A stretch of 64,000 nucleotides of DNA from Alphaproteobacteria bacterium (lineage in GTDB: Bacteria; Pseudomonadota; Alphaproteobacteria; Bin95): NCBI GenBank assembly GCA_965205265.1, contig CBDBGH010000003.1:416001-480000 (forward strand), written 5' to 3'. Below are positions 1 to 10,234 of the stretch, piece by piece (positions within the stretch are counted from its first letter, which is position 1; every line of letters starts with the position of its first letter). A program made the translations under genes and the position numbers. A model generated the notes under the pieces. The model saw only the letters and a program-made list of their open reading frames with translations, made no database searches and was not told where the DNA came from.

Positions 1-125
1 GCCGCCGGCTCCGGCCGCACGTCGTGGCAGAGCACCCGCCGGCCGGACTTCCTGAGAACGTTCCGGCACATCGGCTCGCCCATGACGCCGAGCCCGATGA
101 ATCCGACCGTGTTGTCGTCCGCCAT
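1..125 (-). CDS. NAD(P)-dependent oxidoreductase, 3-hydroxyisobutyrate dehydrogenase family (5' part; runs off window)
   Basis: Manual translation MADDNTVGFIGLGVMGEPMCRNVLR with Rossmann GxGxMG motif. Confidence 0.75.
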   Translation of the reverse strand, partial: MADDNTVGFIGLGVMGEPMCRNVLRKSGRRVLCHDVRPEPA

Positions 126-288
126 GACCCGTATCCCGCAGTTGTGAAATGGCCCGCTCGGACGAAAGCCTAGCATCCGGCTCCCTTCGCTGCGGCAATG
201 TTTTCTGCGGCGGCGATGCGCGGGCTTTCCTTGCGGGCGGGGTCTGTGCAAGACTGCGCCGCCGGTCTTAACGGAAACGGGAGAACCT

Positions 289-1368
289 ATGATGTTGCAG
301 GGGATGAAAATTGCGGCCGCGGCGGCCGTTGCAGGCGCGATTGCGCTCGGCGCGGGCGCTGCCGGAGCCGCCGACTACGGCAAGAAGGAATTCACGGTGG
401 TCGGGACCTGGGGCTTCCTCGACCACTGGAAGGAGCGCGAGAGCAAGTTCTGGCAGGAAGTCATTCCGGAGGCGTCCGGCGGCGCGCTGACAGCCAATGC
501 GAAGCCGTTGACGGAGCTCGGCCTTTCCGGCTTCGAGGTCATGCGGCTCCTGAAGCTCGGCACCTATGACGCCGTCCACGGCGTGACGACCTATGTTGCG
601 CAGGACAGCCCGGCCATCGAGGGCACCGACCTTGCCGGCGTTATCCAGGACTTCGGCGACTACCGGACCGTCCTCGAAGCCTACACGCCCATTCTCGAGC
701 GCGAATTCGCCGAGAAATACGACGCCAAGCTCCTGATGATGTATGCGTGGCCGAGCCAGCAGCTCTGGTGCAATCTCGGCGACAAGAGCATCACCCAGTT
801 CTCGCTCGACGACCTCGAAGGCAAGAAGATCCGCGTCTATTCGACCACGCTCGGCGATTTCGTCGAGGGCGTCGGCGGCAGCGCGGTGACCATCGCCTTC
901 GCTGAGGTCGTGCCGGCCCTGCAGAAGGGCGTCGCCGACTGCGGCCTGACCGGCACGCTGCCGGCCTACAACGCCAAGTGGTGGCAGGTGGTGACCCACA
1001 ATATCCGCATCCGGCTCGGCTACGCCTCCTCCTTCCTCGCCATGAACATGGACAGCTGGAACAGCCTCACCTCCGATGCGCAGAACCTCATCATGGAGAA
1101 GCTGAAGGTCCTGGAAGAGGAGATGTGGGCAGCGACGGCGGTAAACGACCAGCGCGGCATGGACTGCAACGCTTCCGGGCCGTGCGACCTCGGCGAGCCG
1201 GGCGGCATGACGCCGATCGAGGTGTCGGACGCCGACCGCGCAAAGCTCAAGCAGATCGTGTCCGACTTCGTGGTCAAGCGCTGGGCGCAACGCTGCGGTA
1301 CGCAGCAATGCGTCGATGAGTGGAACGAGACCATCGGCAAGATCGCAGGGATCGAAGCGAGCCTGTAA
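289..1368 (+). CDS. dctP: TRAP transporter substrate-binding protein
   Basis: Signal peptide, DLEGKKIRV and EVVPALQKGVAD motifs; followed by DctQ/DctM. Confidence 0.9.
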   Translation: MMLQGMKIAAAAAVAGAIALGAGAAGAADYGKKEFTVVGTWGFLDHWKERESKFWQEVIPEASGGALTANAKPLTELGLSGFEVMRLLKLGTYDAVHGVTTYVAQDSPAIEGTDLAGVIQDFGDYRTVLEAYTPILEREFAEKYDAKLLMMYAWPSQQLWCNLGDKSITQFSLDDLEGKKIRVYSTTLGDFVEGVGGSAVTIAFAEVVPALQKGVADCGLTGTLPAYNAKWWQVVTHNIRIRLGYASSFLAMNMDSWNSLTSDAQNLIMEKLKVLEEEMWAATAVNDQRGMDCNASGPCDLGEPGGMTPIEVSDADRAKLKQIVSDFVVKRWAQRCGTQQCVDEWNETIGKIAGIEASL

Positions 1369-1470
1369 TCCGGCGGGGCGCCGCCGCCGCGCGGCGCCCC
1401 GTTTTTCCGGTTGAGACGCCCGCTCGACCACCGACTTGCGCCCGCCGGGATGCCGCGGGACGGAGGCGGC

Positions 1471-2076
1471 ATGTTGGAACGCATACATATTGCGCTCGAA
1501 TGGATTTCCCGCCGGGCGGTCTGGATCGGCGGCGCCGCCCTGCTGGTGGCGGCGGTCATGGTCACGCTCGACGTGCTCAGCCGCAAATTCCTCAATGTGA
1601 CCATGAGCGGCGCGGACGAAATCTCCGGCTATGTGTTCGCCGCCGGCACGACCTGGGCCTACAGCTATTGCCTGCTGCACCGGGCGAATATCCGCATCGA
1701 TGCGCTCTACAACTTCATGCCGCGGTGGCTCTGCGCCGTTCTGGACACGGTCGCGGTCGTCCTGCTGCTGATCTATAACGGCGTGCTCGCATACAGGGGC
1801 TACGGGGCGTTCGCCGAATCCTGGGCCAAGGACTCGGTGTCGATCACGACCCTCGCCACGCCGCAATGGATCCCGCAGCTGTTCTGGGCGTCGGGGCTGA
1901 TCTTCTTCGAGCTGGTCTTGGTGTTCGTCCTCCTCTACACGCTGGTCGGCCTCCTGCGCGGCGATCTCGACCTCGTCAAGCGCATCGCCGGCGTGCCGAG
2001 CGTCGCCGAGGAAATCGAGGCCGAAACCCACGGCATGAACCTCCGGACCCTCCAGACCGGCGCGCGGGAGGACTGA
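1471..2076 (+). CDS. dctQ: TRAP transporter small permease
   Basis: 4 TM segments, DEISGY and NIRID motifs; GGAGG RBS before ATG 1471. Confidence 0.88.
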   Translation: MLERIHIALEWISRRAVWIGGAALLVAAVMVTLDVLSRKFLNVTMSGADEISGYVFAAGTTWAYSYCLLHRANIRIDALYNFMPRWLCAVLDTVAVVLLLIYNGVLAYRGYGAFAESWAKDSVSITTLATPQWIPQLFWASGLIFFELVLVFVLLYTLVGLLRGDLDLVKRIAGVPSVAEEIEAETHGMNLRTLQTGARED

Positions 2077-2080
2077 CGCC

Positions 2081-3370
2081 ATGGTTGTGGGGATCCTCGT
2101 CGCGCTGATGCTGCTGGTGGTCGCCGCGGTGCCCGTGGCGGCCATTCTCGGCATTCTCTCCTTCGGCCTCGACTCGATGTATTTCGGCGGCCGGCTCACG
2201 CCCGCCATAGGCGAGTTCGTCTGGGACAAGAGCAAGGAGTTCATCCTGGTCGCGGTGCCGATGTTCATCCTGCTCGGCGAGATCATGCTCCGGGCCGGCA
2301 TCGCGGCGCGCATGTACAACGCCGTTGCGCAATGGCTGGTCTGGCTGCCGGGCGGGCTGATGCACGCCAATATCGGCTCCTGCGCCATCTTCGCGGCGTC
2401 ATCGGGTTCCTCGGTCGCCACCGCCGCGACCGTCGGCACCGTCGCCTATCCGCAAATCGAGCGCCGCGCCTACAATGAGCGCCTGTTCCTGGGCTCGCTG
2501 GCGGCGGGCGGCACGCTGGGCATCCTGATCCCGCCCTCGATCAACCTCATTCTCTACGGCCTGCTGACCGACAGTTCGGTGCCGGAGCTCTATCTTGCCG
2601 GCATCATTCCGGGGGTCATCCTCTCGACCCTGTTCATGGCCGCCATCGTGGTTGCCTGCCTCTGGCGGCGCGAGTGGGGCGGCGCGCGTATCGAGACCAA
2701 CTGGCGCGACCGTATCCGCACCCTGCCGGACCTCGTGCCGCCGATCCTGCTGTTCGTGGTGGTGGTGGGTTCGATCTATGCCGGACTGGCGACGCCGACC
2801 GAGGCCGCGTCGGTCGGCGTGTGCTTCGCGCTGATCCTCTCGGCATCGACCGGCACCCTCAAGCTCTCCATGCTGCGGGAAGCCTTCGAGGGCACCATGC
2901 GCACCACGGCGATGATCATGCTCATCATCCTGGCGGCGGTGTTCCTCAACTTCGTGCTGGGTTTCATCGGCGTGACGCAGGCGATGATCAACTTCATGGC
3001 GGAACTGGGCCTGACGCCGCTCGAATTCATGATCCTGCTGGTCATCTTCTACCTGATCCTCGGCATGTTCATGGAAACGCTGTCCATGATGCTGACCACC
3101 GTGCCGGTGATCTTCCCCATCGTGGTGCAGATGGGGTTCGACCCGGTCTGGTTCGGCGTGATGATTACCGTGCTGATGGAAACCGCGCTCATCACGCCGC
3201 CCATCGGCGTCAATCTCTATGTCGTCCACGGCATCCGCGCGCGCGGCGGCAAGTTCAACGATGTGGCTTACGGGTCGCTGCCCTTCGTGGTGTCGATGCT
3301 GGTCATGGTGGCGCTGCTGATCGCCTATGAGGACCTGGCGCTCTACCTGCCGACCCTGGTCTATCGCTGA
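2081..3370 (+). CDS. dctM: TRAP transporter large permease
   Basis: SGSSVATA, GGTLGILIPPS, TPTEAA and ITPPIG motifs. Confidence 0.93.
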   Translation: MVVGILVALMLLVVAAVPVAAILGILSFGLDSMYFGGRLTPAIGEFVWDKSKEFILVAVPMFILLGEIMLRAGIAARMYNAVAQWLVWLPGGLMHANIGSCAIFAASSGSSVATAATVGTVAYPQIERRAYNERLFLGSLAAGGTLGILIPPSINLILYGLLTDSSVPELYLAGIIPGVILSTLFMAAIVVACLWRREWGGARIETNWRDRIRTLPDLVPPILLFVVVVGSIYAGLATPTEAASVGVCFALILSASTGTLKLSMLREAFEGTMRTTAMIMLIILAAVFLNFVLGFIGVTQAMINFMAELGLTPLEFMILLVIFYLILGMFMETLSMMLTTVPVIFPIVVQMGFDPVWFGVMITVLMETALITPPIGVNLYVVHGIRARGGKFNDVAYGSLPFVVSMLVMVALLIAYEDLALYLPTLVYR

Positions 3371-3471
3371 TCTCCTCTGCCGGGCCAGTGCCGTATCGGA
3401 TCGTATTGGATCGGCACGAAGGGATTGCAAAATGTTGTCGCCCCGGTCCTCTTCCCCTCATGCCCTCATAT

Positions 3472-3559
3472 CGTCATGCCCGGACTTGATCCGGGCATCC
3501 ATGCGGCCGCTCGGTGGAGGTGGTTGAGAGAGATGCCCGGAACAAGTCCGGGCATGACG
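3472..3559. repeat. REP-like inverted doublet (CGTCATGCCCGGACTTGwTCCGGGCAT family)
   Basis: Palindromic unit plus inverted partner; related copies at 27340, 27543, 29596, 61410, 63971. Confidence 0.8.
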
Positions 3560-3620
3560 GACGGGGGCGTTGGGGCATGACGGAGAAGGGCCGGGGTGAC
3601 GGTTTTGGGCTCGATCCCGA

Positions 3621-4970
3621 ATGCGGCGCAGTCTGAAAGAGTTCGGCTCTAATCCCGTGCTAGGCATCCGGCCGGCCCTGTCGCGCCGCATCTGGCGCAT
3701 GGCGGGGCCGATCGTCGTGTCCAATGTCTCGGTGCCGCTGATCGGCGCGGTCGATACCGCCGTGATGGGCCATCTCGATGCGGCCTGGTATATCGGCGCG
3801 GTCGCCATCGGCGCGATGATCTTCAACTTCCTGTTCCACCTGCTCAACTGCCTGCGCATGGGGACGACCGGGCCGACCGCCCGGGCCCGCGGGCGCGAGG
3901 ACTGGGGCGAGGTGCGCGCGATGCTCTGGCGCGCGCTGACGCTCGCCGGCGGGGCGGCGGCGCTCATCGTCCTGCTGCAGGGGCCCATTGCCGCGCTCGC
4001 CTTCGGGCTCGTCGAGGCGAGCGCGGAGGTCGAGGAGCACGCGCGCACCTATTTCTTCATCCGCGTGTGGACGGCGCCCGCCAACCTCGCGGTCTTCGCC
4101 ATCATCGGCTGGTTCTACGGGCTGGAGGACTCGCGCACGCCGCTCGTCCTCCAGGTCACCGTCAACGTCACCAACATGGTGCTCGATGTGGTCTTCGTCA
4201 TGGGCTTCGGCTGGGGCGTCGAGGGCGTCGCGTTCGCCACGCTCATCGGGGAGTATCTGGGCCTCGCCGTCGCCGTGCTCGCCGTGCGCCGGCGGCTGAA
4301 ACGCCTGCCTGCGGGGCGGGGGCCGGTGTTCGACCGGGCGCGGCTGCTGCGCCTCGTCGCGATCAACCGGGACATCACGATCAGGTCGCTCTGCGTCGTC
4401 TCCGCCAATGCGGTCTTCCTCGCCAAGAGCGCGGCGGCGGGCGACACGACGCTGGCAGCGAACCAGATCCTCGTGCATTTCGTCATCTTCGCCTCCTTCG
4501 CGCTCGACGGCGTCGCCCATGCGGGGGAGGCGCTGGTCGGCGATGCGGTCGGGCGGCGCCACGGCGCCGGGCTCCGGGAGGTGATCCGGGCCGTGCTTGC
4601 CTGGTCCGTCGGCGCGGCCGCGCTGCTCTCCGGCATTTTCCTGGCCGCCGGCGGCCTTCTCGTCGCCGTCATGACCTCGCTGCCGGAGGTGCGCGAAGCC
4701 GCCGCCGGCTGGATGCTGTGGGGCGCGCTGGCGCCGCTGGTCGCGGTCTGGGCCTATGCGTATGACGGCATCTATCTGGGCTTTTCGGCGACGCGCTGGA
4801 TGCTGCTCACCATGGCGGTCGCCTTCGCGGCCTATGTCGCGGCGCTGTTCCTGCTGCCGGGCCCGCTCGGCAATCACGGGCTCTGGATTGCGCTCTGGCT
4901 GTTCTACGGCCTGCGCGGCGCGGGCCTCGCGCTCGCCTATCCGAAGCTCAGGCGAACCTTCGCACTATGA
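3621..4970 (+). CDS. MATE family efflux transporter (DinF-like)
   Basis: SVPLIGAVDTAVMGHL and LRMGTTG motifs, 12 TM segments; start uncertain. Confidence 0.88.
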   Translation: MRRSLKEFGSNPVLGIRPALSRRIWRMAGPIVVSNVSVPLIGAVDTAVMGHLDAAWYIGAVAIGAMIFNFLFHLLNCLRMGTTGPTARARGREDWGEVRAMLWRALTLAGGAAALIVLLQGPIAALAFGLVEASAEVEEHARTYFFIRVWTAPANLAVFAIIGWFYGLEDSRTPLVLQVTVNVTNMVLDVVFVMGFGWGVEGVAFATLIGEYLGLAVAVLAVRRRLKRLPAGRGPVFDRARLLRLVAINRDITIRSLCVVSANAVFLAKSAAAGDTTLAANQILVHFVIFASFALDGVAHAGEALVGDAVGRRHGAGLREVIRAVLAWSVGAAALLSGIFLAAGGLLVAVMTSLPEVREAAAGWMLWGALAPLVAVWAYAYDGIYLGFSATRWMLLTMAVAFAAYVAALFLLPGPLGNHGLWIALWLFYGLRGAGLALAYPKLRRTFAL

Positions 4971-5078
4971 CCCCGGCGGCCGCGCTGACGGAAGAAGGGC
5001 GGAGCGCCGGATTTTCCTGCAACAACACAATGGGGCAATTCTCCCCCGAAAAAGTGTACTGTCCTTGCATAGCCGATA

Positions 5079-5101
5079 GTAAGGAAATACGCTTTCCTTA
5101 C
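5079..5101. promoter_or_regulatory. Palindromic operator upstream of AbrB antitoxin
   Basis: GTAAGGAAA-N5-TTTCCTTAC perfect 9-bp inverted repeat. Confidence 0.65.
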
Positions 5102-5128
5102 CTCGCGTTCACCGCATGGAGCGCAGAC

Positions 5129-5353
5129 ATGCTCGCCAAGCTGACCTCCAAGAACCAGTTGACCCTGCCCAAGGCCGTCACCGCCGCCGTGGACGCCGCC
5201 GAATATTTCGATGTGACCGCCGAGAACGGGCGCATCGTGCTGACTCCGGTCCGCGTCAACCGCGCCGACGGCGTGCGCGCAAAGCTTGCCGAACTCGGGC
5301 TCTCGGAAGCCGACATAGCCGACGCGGTTGCCTGGGCCCGATCCGGGAAATGA
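5129..5353 (+). CDS. AbrB/MazE-family antitoxin
   Basis: MLAKLTSKNQLTLPK swapped-hairpin motif; stop overlaps the toxin ATG (ATGA). Confidence 0.88.
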   Translation: MLAKLTSKNQLTLPKAVTAAVDAAEYFDVTAENGRIVLTPVRVNRADGVRAKLAELGLSEADIADAVAWARSGK

Positions 5354-5384
5354 CGCCGGTTCGCCCGGTTCTCGACACAAACGT
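5350..5384 (+). pseudogene. 5' fragment of PIN-domain toxin (MTPVRPVLDTNV), interrupted by island
   Basis: VLDTNV PIN motif then stop at 5394; continues in frame at ~25831. Confidence 0.85.
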
Positions 5385-5526
5385 ATTTTGTTGAATCCTA
5401 CCGATATAACCTGTTGTATTGAAACAGAACTTTATTTTCATTGCCTTATCCGTAAGCGATCCGGAAGCGGATTGGATTGAATGTCTGCGCAGTCCGGCGC
5501 GGCGCTGTCGGCAGAAACAGCGGGTA

Positions 5527-6686
5527 ATACCAGCGGCTGAGGTTTGAGACTCATTGGGGGATTCCCAAGGAGAGGTGCTTCTGACTCAATGCCGGTTCTG
5601 CGATTGGAGGGTCGGTATGAGGGCAGGGGTCCGATTGAGGGACGATTTCGATGCGGCGCAGTTGCGCGGCCTGGCGCAGCGGAGCCGGGACAGCGCGCAG
5701 ACCCGTCGCCTGCTTGCGCTTGCGGTGATTTACGACGGTGATCGTCGTTCGGACGCGGCGCGCTTTGCGGGCGTGGGCTTGCAGATCATCCGGGACTGGG
5801 TTCTTCGCTTCAATGCGGACGGGCCGGCGGGCTTGAAGGACCGCAAGGCGTCGGGTCCGCCGCGCAAGCTGAGTGCGGAGCAACGCGCGGCGCTTGTGGA
5901 GAGCGGTCCGGATCCGGCGATCCACGGCGTGGTGCGCTGGCGGCGCTGTGAGGTGGCGGCATGGCTCAAGGAGCAGTTCGGCGTCTCCTTGGCGGAGACG
6001 ACGGTCGGGCGGGAGTTGCGCCGGATGGGCTATGCCAAGCTCTCCGCGCGCCCGCGCCACTATGCCCAGGACGAGGCCGCGCTGGCAGCGTTCAAAAAAA
6101 GTTCCCGGACCGCCTGAGGGAGATACGCGCCAGGCTGGACGACGGCGTCGAGGTCGAAATCTGGTGGCAGGACGAAGCCCGCGTCGGCCAGAAGAACAAG
6201 ATCACCCGGCGCTGGGCGAAACGCGGCACAAGACCGTCAGCGCCCAAGGACCAGAGAACGACCTCCGCCTATATCTTCGGCGCCATCTGTCCCAACAAGG
6301 GCAAGGCCGCCGGCCTCGTCATGCCCTACGCCAACACACACGCGCTCAACGCTCATCTCGCCGAAATCAGTCGCATCGTCGAACCCGACGCCCATGCCGT
6401 CGTCATGCTCGACCGGGCCGGATGGCATACCTCCTCCTCTCTCAAAGTGCCCGGCAATATCTCGCTCATGCCGCTCCCACCCCGGGCGCCCGAACTCAAC
6501 CCGGTCGAGAACGTCTGGCAGTTCATGCGCGACAACTGGCTCTCCAACCGCGTCTTCAAAAGCTACGACGACATCCTCGATCACTGCTGCCACGCCTGGA
6601 ACAATCTTGTCTCACAACCGGCGCGCATTGCCTCCATCGGAACCCGAAAATGGGCCGATGGGTTCTAAACTATGCCCGCTGGTATA
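5527..6686 (+). mobile_element. IS630-family insertion sequence
   Basis: TACCAGCGG/CCGCTGGTA terminal inverted repeats with TA at ends. Confidence 0.85.
5617..6668 (+). CDS. IS630 transposase (two ORFs joined by -1 frameshift)
   Basis: HTH ORF to 6117; AAAAAAAG slippery site 6094-6101; DDE ORF with WQDEAR, LDRAGWH, PELNPVENVW. Confidence 0.88.
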
Positions 6687-6769
6687 ACCCTTCGTATCCT
6701 GGGGGATGAGGAGACAGTTATCCGTCCCTTGGCATGTGCACACCCGTCCGAACGCGCCCGGATTCGATT

Positions 6770-7061
6770 CGACCGATTGAGGGTGCGCCGCCAATCTTTT
6801 CGGAGGGATCGGAGCCAGATGTCCTTTTTCGGCTGGGCTCGTTTGGTATGCCGGTCGTATCGCCCGCGCCCCCTGGGTGGCGCCGACGCGGGTTCAGCCC
6901 GACGCCTTGTGGACGGTGCCGGTGTAGCGCGGGGTCTCGACGAAGGTCTCGATGAGCACGGGGGTGATGTTGTAGCGCGCGGTCCAGCCCTCTGGCAGGC
7001 GTCGGCGCACGATGGCGAGGATGTGCGAGCCGAGGTTCGGGATCCGGACCCAAGGCAGGAT
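6770..7061 (-). pseudogene. DUF4338 (DruA-like) protein C-terminal remnant
   Basis: Manual translation ILPWVRIPNLGSHIL...LIETFVETPRYTGT..ASG*TRVGATQGRGRYD; nonsense codon at 6894-6896. Confidence 0.65.
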
Positions 7062-7088
7062 TCGAACCTGCGACCTTCAGGTTATGAG
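7054..7088 (-). other. tRNA-Met(CAT) 3'-half fragment, probable att remnant
   Basis: CTCATAACCTGAAGGTCGCAGGTTCGAATCCTGCC (anticodon loop to T-arm); no 5' half or acceptor end. Confidence 0.8.
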
Positions 7089-7277
7089 TTTGGTCCCGTT
7101 CTGCGTCTCTCACAAGCTGACGTAAGCTGAAGGATGACAAACGCCTTGTTGGCAGGCATTTCCGGGTTCCCATCATACGCATGCGCCGCCTGAGGTAAGC
7201 TGCGATACGATGCAAAATGTTTGCCAATAGTTTGCCAGTCTGCTAGAACATCCTTCCGGCGTCAAGGATCTTCGGCC

Positions 7278-8588
7278 ATGGCAAACCGCATCCCCAAACT
7301 CACCAAGCGCGCCGTCGAGGCCCTCAGGGCCAACGGCGCCGACACCGTCCACTGGGACGGCGAACTGACCGGCTTCGGTATCCGGGTCCGCAAGTCGGGC
7401 CGGAAGAACTATGTCCTCCAGACACGGGTGCGCGGCAGGCTACGCTGGTTCACCATCGGCCAGCACGGGCGCGTCACCCTGGACGAGGCCAGGGCGGCGG
7501 CGCTGGAGATCCTGGCCCAGACGAAACAGGGCATCGATCCGCGCGAGGCGGAGGCGAAGCGGAAAGCCGAGCCGGTCATGACCGATCTCGGCAGGCGCTT
7601 CCTCGAAGAGTATGTCCGCACCCACTGCAAGCCCAGCACCCAGGGGGAGTACCGCCGGTCGGTGGAACTCTTCATCGACCCCGCGCTCGGCAGGATGAGG
7701 ATATCGGAGGTGGAGCGCAAGGACATCGCCAGGCTGCATTTCGACCTGCGCGACAAGCCCTACCAGGCGAACCGCACGCTGGGCGTGCTCTCGAAGATGT
7801 TCTCGCTCGCCGAGGTCTGGGGATGGCGGCCGGACGGCTCCAATCCCTGCCGTCACGTCAAGCGCTACAAGGAGAACAAGCGCGAGCGGTTCCTCTCGGA
7901 GGCGGAGACCGAACGGCTGGGCGAGGTTCTCCGCGAGGCCGAGGGCGAGATGCCCTCGGCGGTCGCCGCCTTCCGCCTGCTGCTGCTGACCGGCTGCCGG
8001 CTTTCGGAGATCCAGTTCCTGCGCTGGGAGCATGTCAGGGACGACTGCATCGAGCTGCCCGACGCCAAGACCGGCGGGCGGGTGGTGCCGCTCGGACCCG
8101 AGGCCCGCGCCGTGCTGGCGACCCTGCCCCGCGAGGACGGCAACCACTGGGTCATCGCCGGCAAGCTGCCGGACTCCCACATCACCGACCTGCAGAAGCC
8201 CTGGCGGCGCATCCGCGAGCGCGCCGGGCTGGAGGATGTGCGCATCCACGACTTGCGCCACAGCTTCGCCTCGCGCGCCCTGGCGCTGGGCGAGAGCCTG
8301 ACGATGATCGGGAAGCTGCTCGGCCATACGCAGGTGCAGACCACCGCGCGCTACGCGCATCTGGCGCGGGACTCGATCCGGAACGCCGCGGCCCGGATCA
8401 CCGGGAGCATCGGCGGCAATCTGTCCGGAGAGACGCCGGTATTCCGGCCGGCCGCCGCGCCCGAAACGGACCCAGGCGGAGACAGCATCGGGAAGACCGG
8501 CAGCACCGTTTCCGGGCACAGCGCTTCGCCGCCGGCAATCCGGCCGGCCGGCGGCGTCGAGGGAACCGTTCCCGGTCGAACGGAATAG
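7278..8588 (+). CDS. Tyrosine integrase with N-terminal arm-binding domain
   Basis: WDGELTGFGIRV, TGCRLSE, HDLRHS, LGH and TTARYAH motifs. Confidence 0.93.
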   Translation: MANRIPKLTKRAVEALRANGADTVHWDGELTGFGIRVRKSGRKNYVLQTRVRGRLRWFTIGQHGRVTLDEARAAALEILAQTKQGIDPREAEAKRKAEPVMTDLGRRFLEEYVRTHCKPSTQGEYRRSVELFIDPALGRMRISEVERKDIARLHFDLRDKPYQANRTLGVLSKMFSLAEVWGWRPDGSNPCRHVKRYKENKRERFLSEAETERLGEVLREAEGEMPSAVAAFRLLLLTGCRLSEIQFLRWEHVRDDCIELPDAKTGGRVVPLGPEARAVLATLPREDGNHWVIAGKLPDSHITDLQKPWRRIRERAGLEDVRIHDLRHSFASRALALGESLTMIGKLLGHTQVQTTARYAHLARDSIRNAAARITGSIGGNLSGETPVFRPAAAPETDPGGDSIGKTGSTVSGHSASPPAIRPAGGVEGTVPGRTE

Positions 8589-8666
8589 CCGGTCGGCGTA
8601 GGGTGTGGTCATGATGATCGCCGTTCCTGTCCCGGATCGCAGGCGGGCTGCCCGGGGTCCCGCCCG

Positions 8667-9644
8667 GTGAGCCTTCCCGCGACGCCGCACGACGCGCTGT
8701 TCCGGGCGCTGGTCTCCGACCCCGCCCGCGCCGGCGCGCTGCTCGCGGACTACCTGCCGCGGGAGGTCGCCGACCTGCTCGATCCCGACTCCCCGCCGGA
8801 GGCGGTGGAGGGCAGCTTCGTCGATGAGGACGCCGCAAGAACCCAGTGCGACGCCCTCTTCAGGGTCAGGCTCAAGACCGGCGAGGATGCCTTCATATTC
8901 GCGCTCCTGGAGCACAAGAGCTACATCGACGCCGCCACGCCGCTTCAGATCCTGAAATACCTCGCCAGCATCTGGCTCCGCGAGATCGAGGGCGGCGGCG
9001 CCAGGGACAGGCTGCCGGCGATCGTCCCGCTTGTCTTCTACCACGGCCCGGGCACGTGGACCGTGCCGCGCTCGGTGGCGGCGATGATCGACGCGCCCGA
9101 GGAACTGGAGCCGTTCGCCCGGGAGTTCGCCTATGTGCTGCACGACCTGGGCCGGATCGAGCCGCTGCACCTGTCGCGGACGCCGGAGGTCAGGGCCGGC
9201 TTGCTGGCGCTCCGGGTGGTCCATGCCGCGGACATTCCGGCCGACCTTCTCGACCTGATGACCGGCGGACCGATTGACGGGAGCGCGTTCGAGCGGCACA
9301 TTGTGCGCTACATCGCCGAGCGCATGAACCTGACGCCCGTGATGCTGGAGGCGTCGCTGCGCCGGACGAAGCCGGACCGATGGGAGGCGCTGATGGGAAC
9401 CGTCGCCGAAGCCTGGATCGAACAGGGCCGGAGCGAAGGACGGGCGGAAGGACGGGCGGAAGGACGCACCGAGGGCCAGGCCGGGGTCGTTCTGCGCCAG
9501 CTGGAGCTGCGCTTCGGGACTGTGCCCGAGGCGGTGCGCGAGCGGGTTCGCGGCGCGTCGGCCTCCGAACTGGAAGCCTGGGCCGAGGCGGTGCTGACGG
9601 CGGCGAGCCTCGACGAAGCGATGGCCGTCCCGCCCAGCCGCTAA
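8667..9644 (+). CDS. Rpn family recombination-promoting nuclease/putative transposase
   Basis: PHDALFR, DALF..LEHKS, PLVFYHG motifs; EGRA repeats in C-terminal tail. Confidence 0.9.
   Translation: MSLPATPHDALFRALVSDPARAGALLADYLPREVADLLDPDSPPEAVEGSFVDEDAARTQCDALFRVRLKTGEDAFIFALLEHKSYIDAATPLQILKYLASIWLREIEGGGARDRLPAIVPLVFYHGPGTWTVPRSVAAMIDAPEELEPFAREFAYVLHDLGRIEPLHLSRTPEVRAGLLALRVVHAADIPADLLDLMTGGPIDGSAFERHIVRYIAERMNLTPVMLEASLRRTKPDRWEALMGTVAEAWIEQGRSEGRAEGRAEGRTEGQAGVVLRQLELRFGTVPEAVRERVRGASASELEAWAEAVLTAASLDEAMAVPPSR
9393..9644 (+). CDS. Putative internal small Rpn antitoxin (RpnS-like)
   Basis: In-frame ATG preceded by GGAGG (9383-9387); MGTVAEAWIEQG. Confidence 0.55.
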   Translation: MGTVAEAWIEQGRSEGRAEGRAEGRTEGQAGVVLRQLELRFGTVPEAVRERVRGASASELEAWAEAVLTAASLDEAMAVPPSR

Positions 9645-10234
9645 GCCCGCCGGAACAGGACATCGACAGAAAACCGGTCTGGCGCCGGACGGGGTCGCTT
9701 GCCCCCCATGGATCCCGATGAAGGCACGATCGTCGGGGAAACGATGCCGGTCCTTCCCGCCCGCCCCCACGCCGCCGTCGATCACGCGACCGGCAGTCCG
9801 AAAAGGCGAGGTCGTCTCACCTGCCGACGATCGGCAAACCCCCGGTCACACGCAGGTGCAGAGGAACGTGCGCCATGCTCACCTTGAGCGGGATCCGGTG
9901 AAGGTTGCCGCCGCGAGGACCGCGGACAGCCTCGCAGCCGACAGGAATACCCCGCCGGACATTTCCATCGCAGCCTGATCCACGCGGCGCCGACGCGGAC
10001 CGTCAGGACGCCGCATTCCCCAGGCGCCGGCGCACGCGTCCGGTCTCGTCTTCCCTTGCCATCCCGAGCCGACCTTCCGGGTCCCGCGTGCCGCGCCGCC
10101 GGCCTACCGCCGTCTCCATGTCCGCGCCTCGCGCCACCGGGAGGAGAGCCTGGCCGTGAGTGGGGCGGCGGTCGGGGGTCCGGGAGAGGGCGTCCGGCCG
10201 CTGTTTCCCCCCACGGCATGATGGAGACGGCACC

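Noticed and set aside
5481-5526. ATG-started stub MSAQSGAALSAETAG cut by IS630, as a possible lost recombinase
   Set aside because: Too short to assign and no RBS evidence
6094-6101. Frameshift in IS630 as a pseudogene
   Set aside because: A7G slippery site is typical of programmed -1 frameshifting in IS630 elements
7054-7088. Functional tRNA gene
   Set aside because: Only anticodon loop to T-arm is present; no D-arm or acceptor stem
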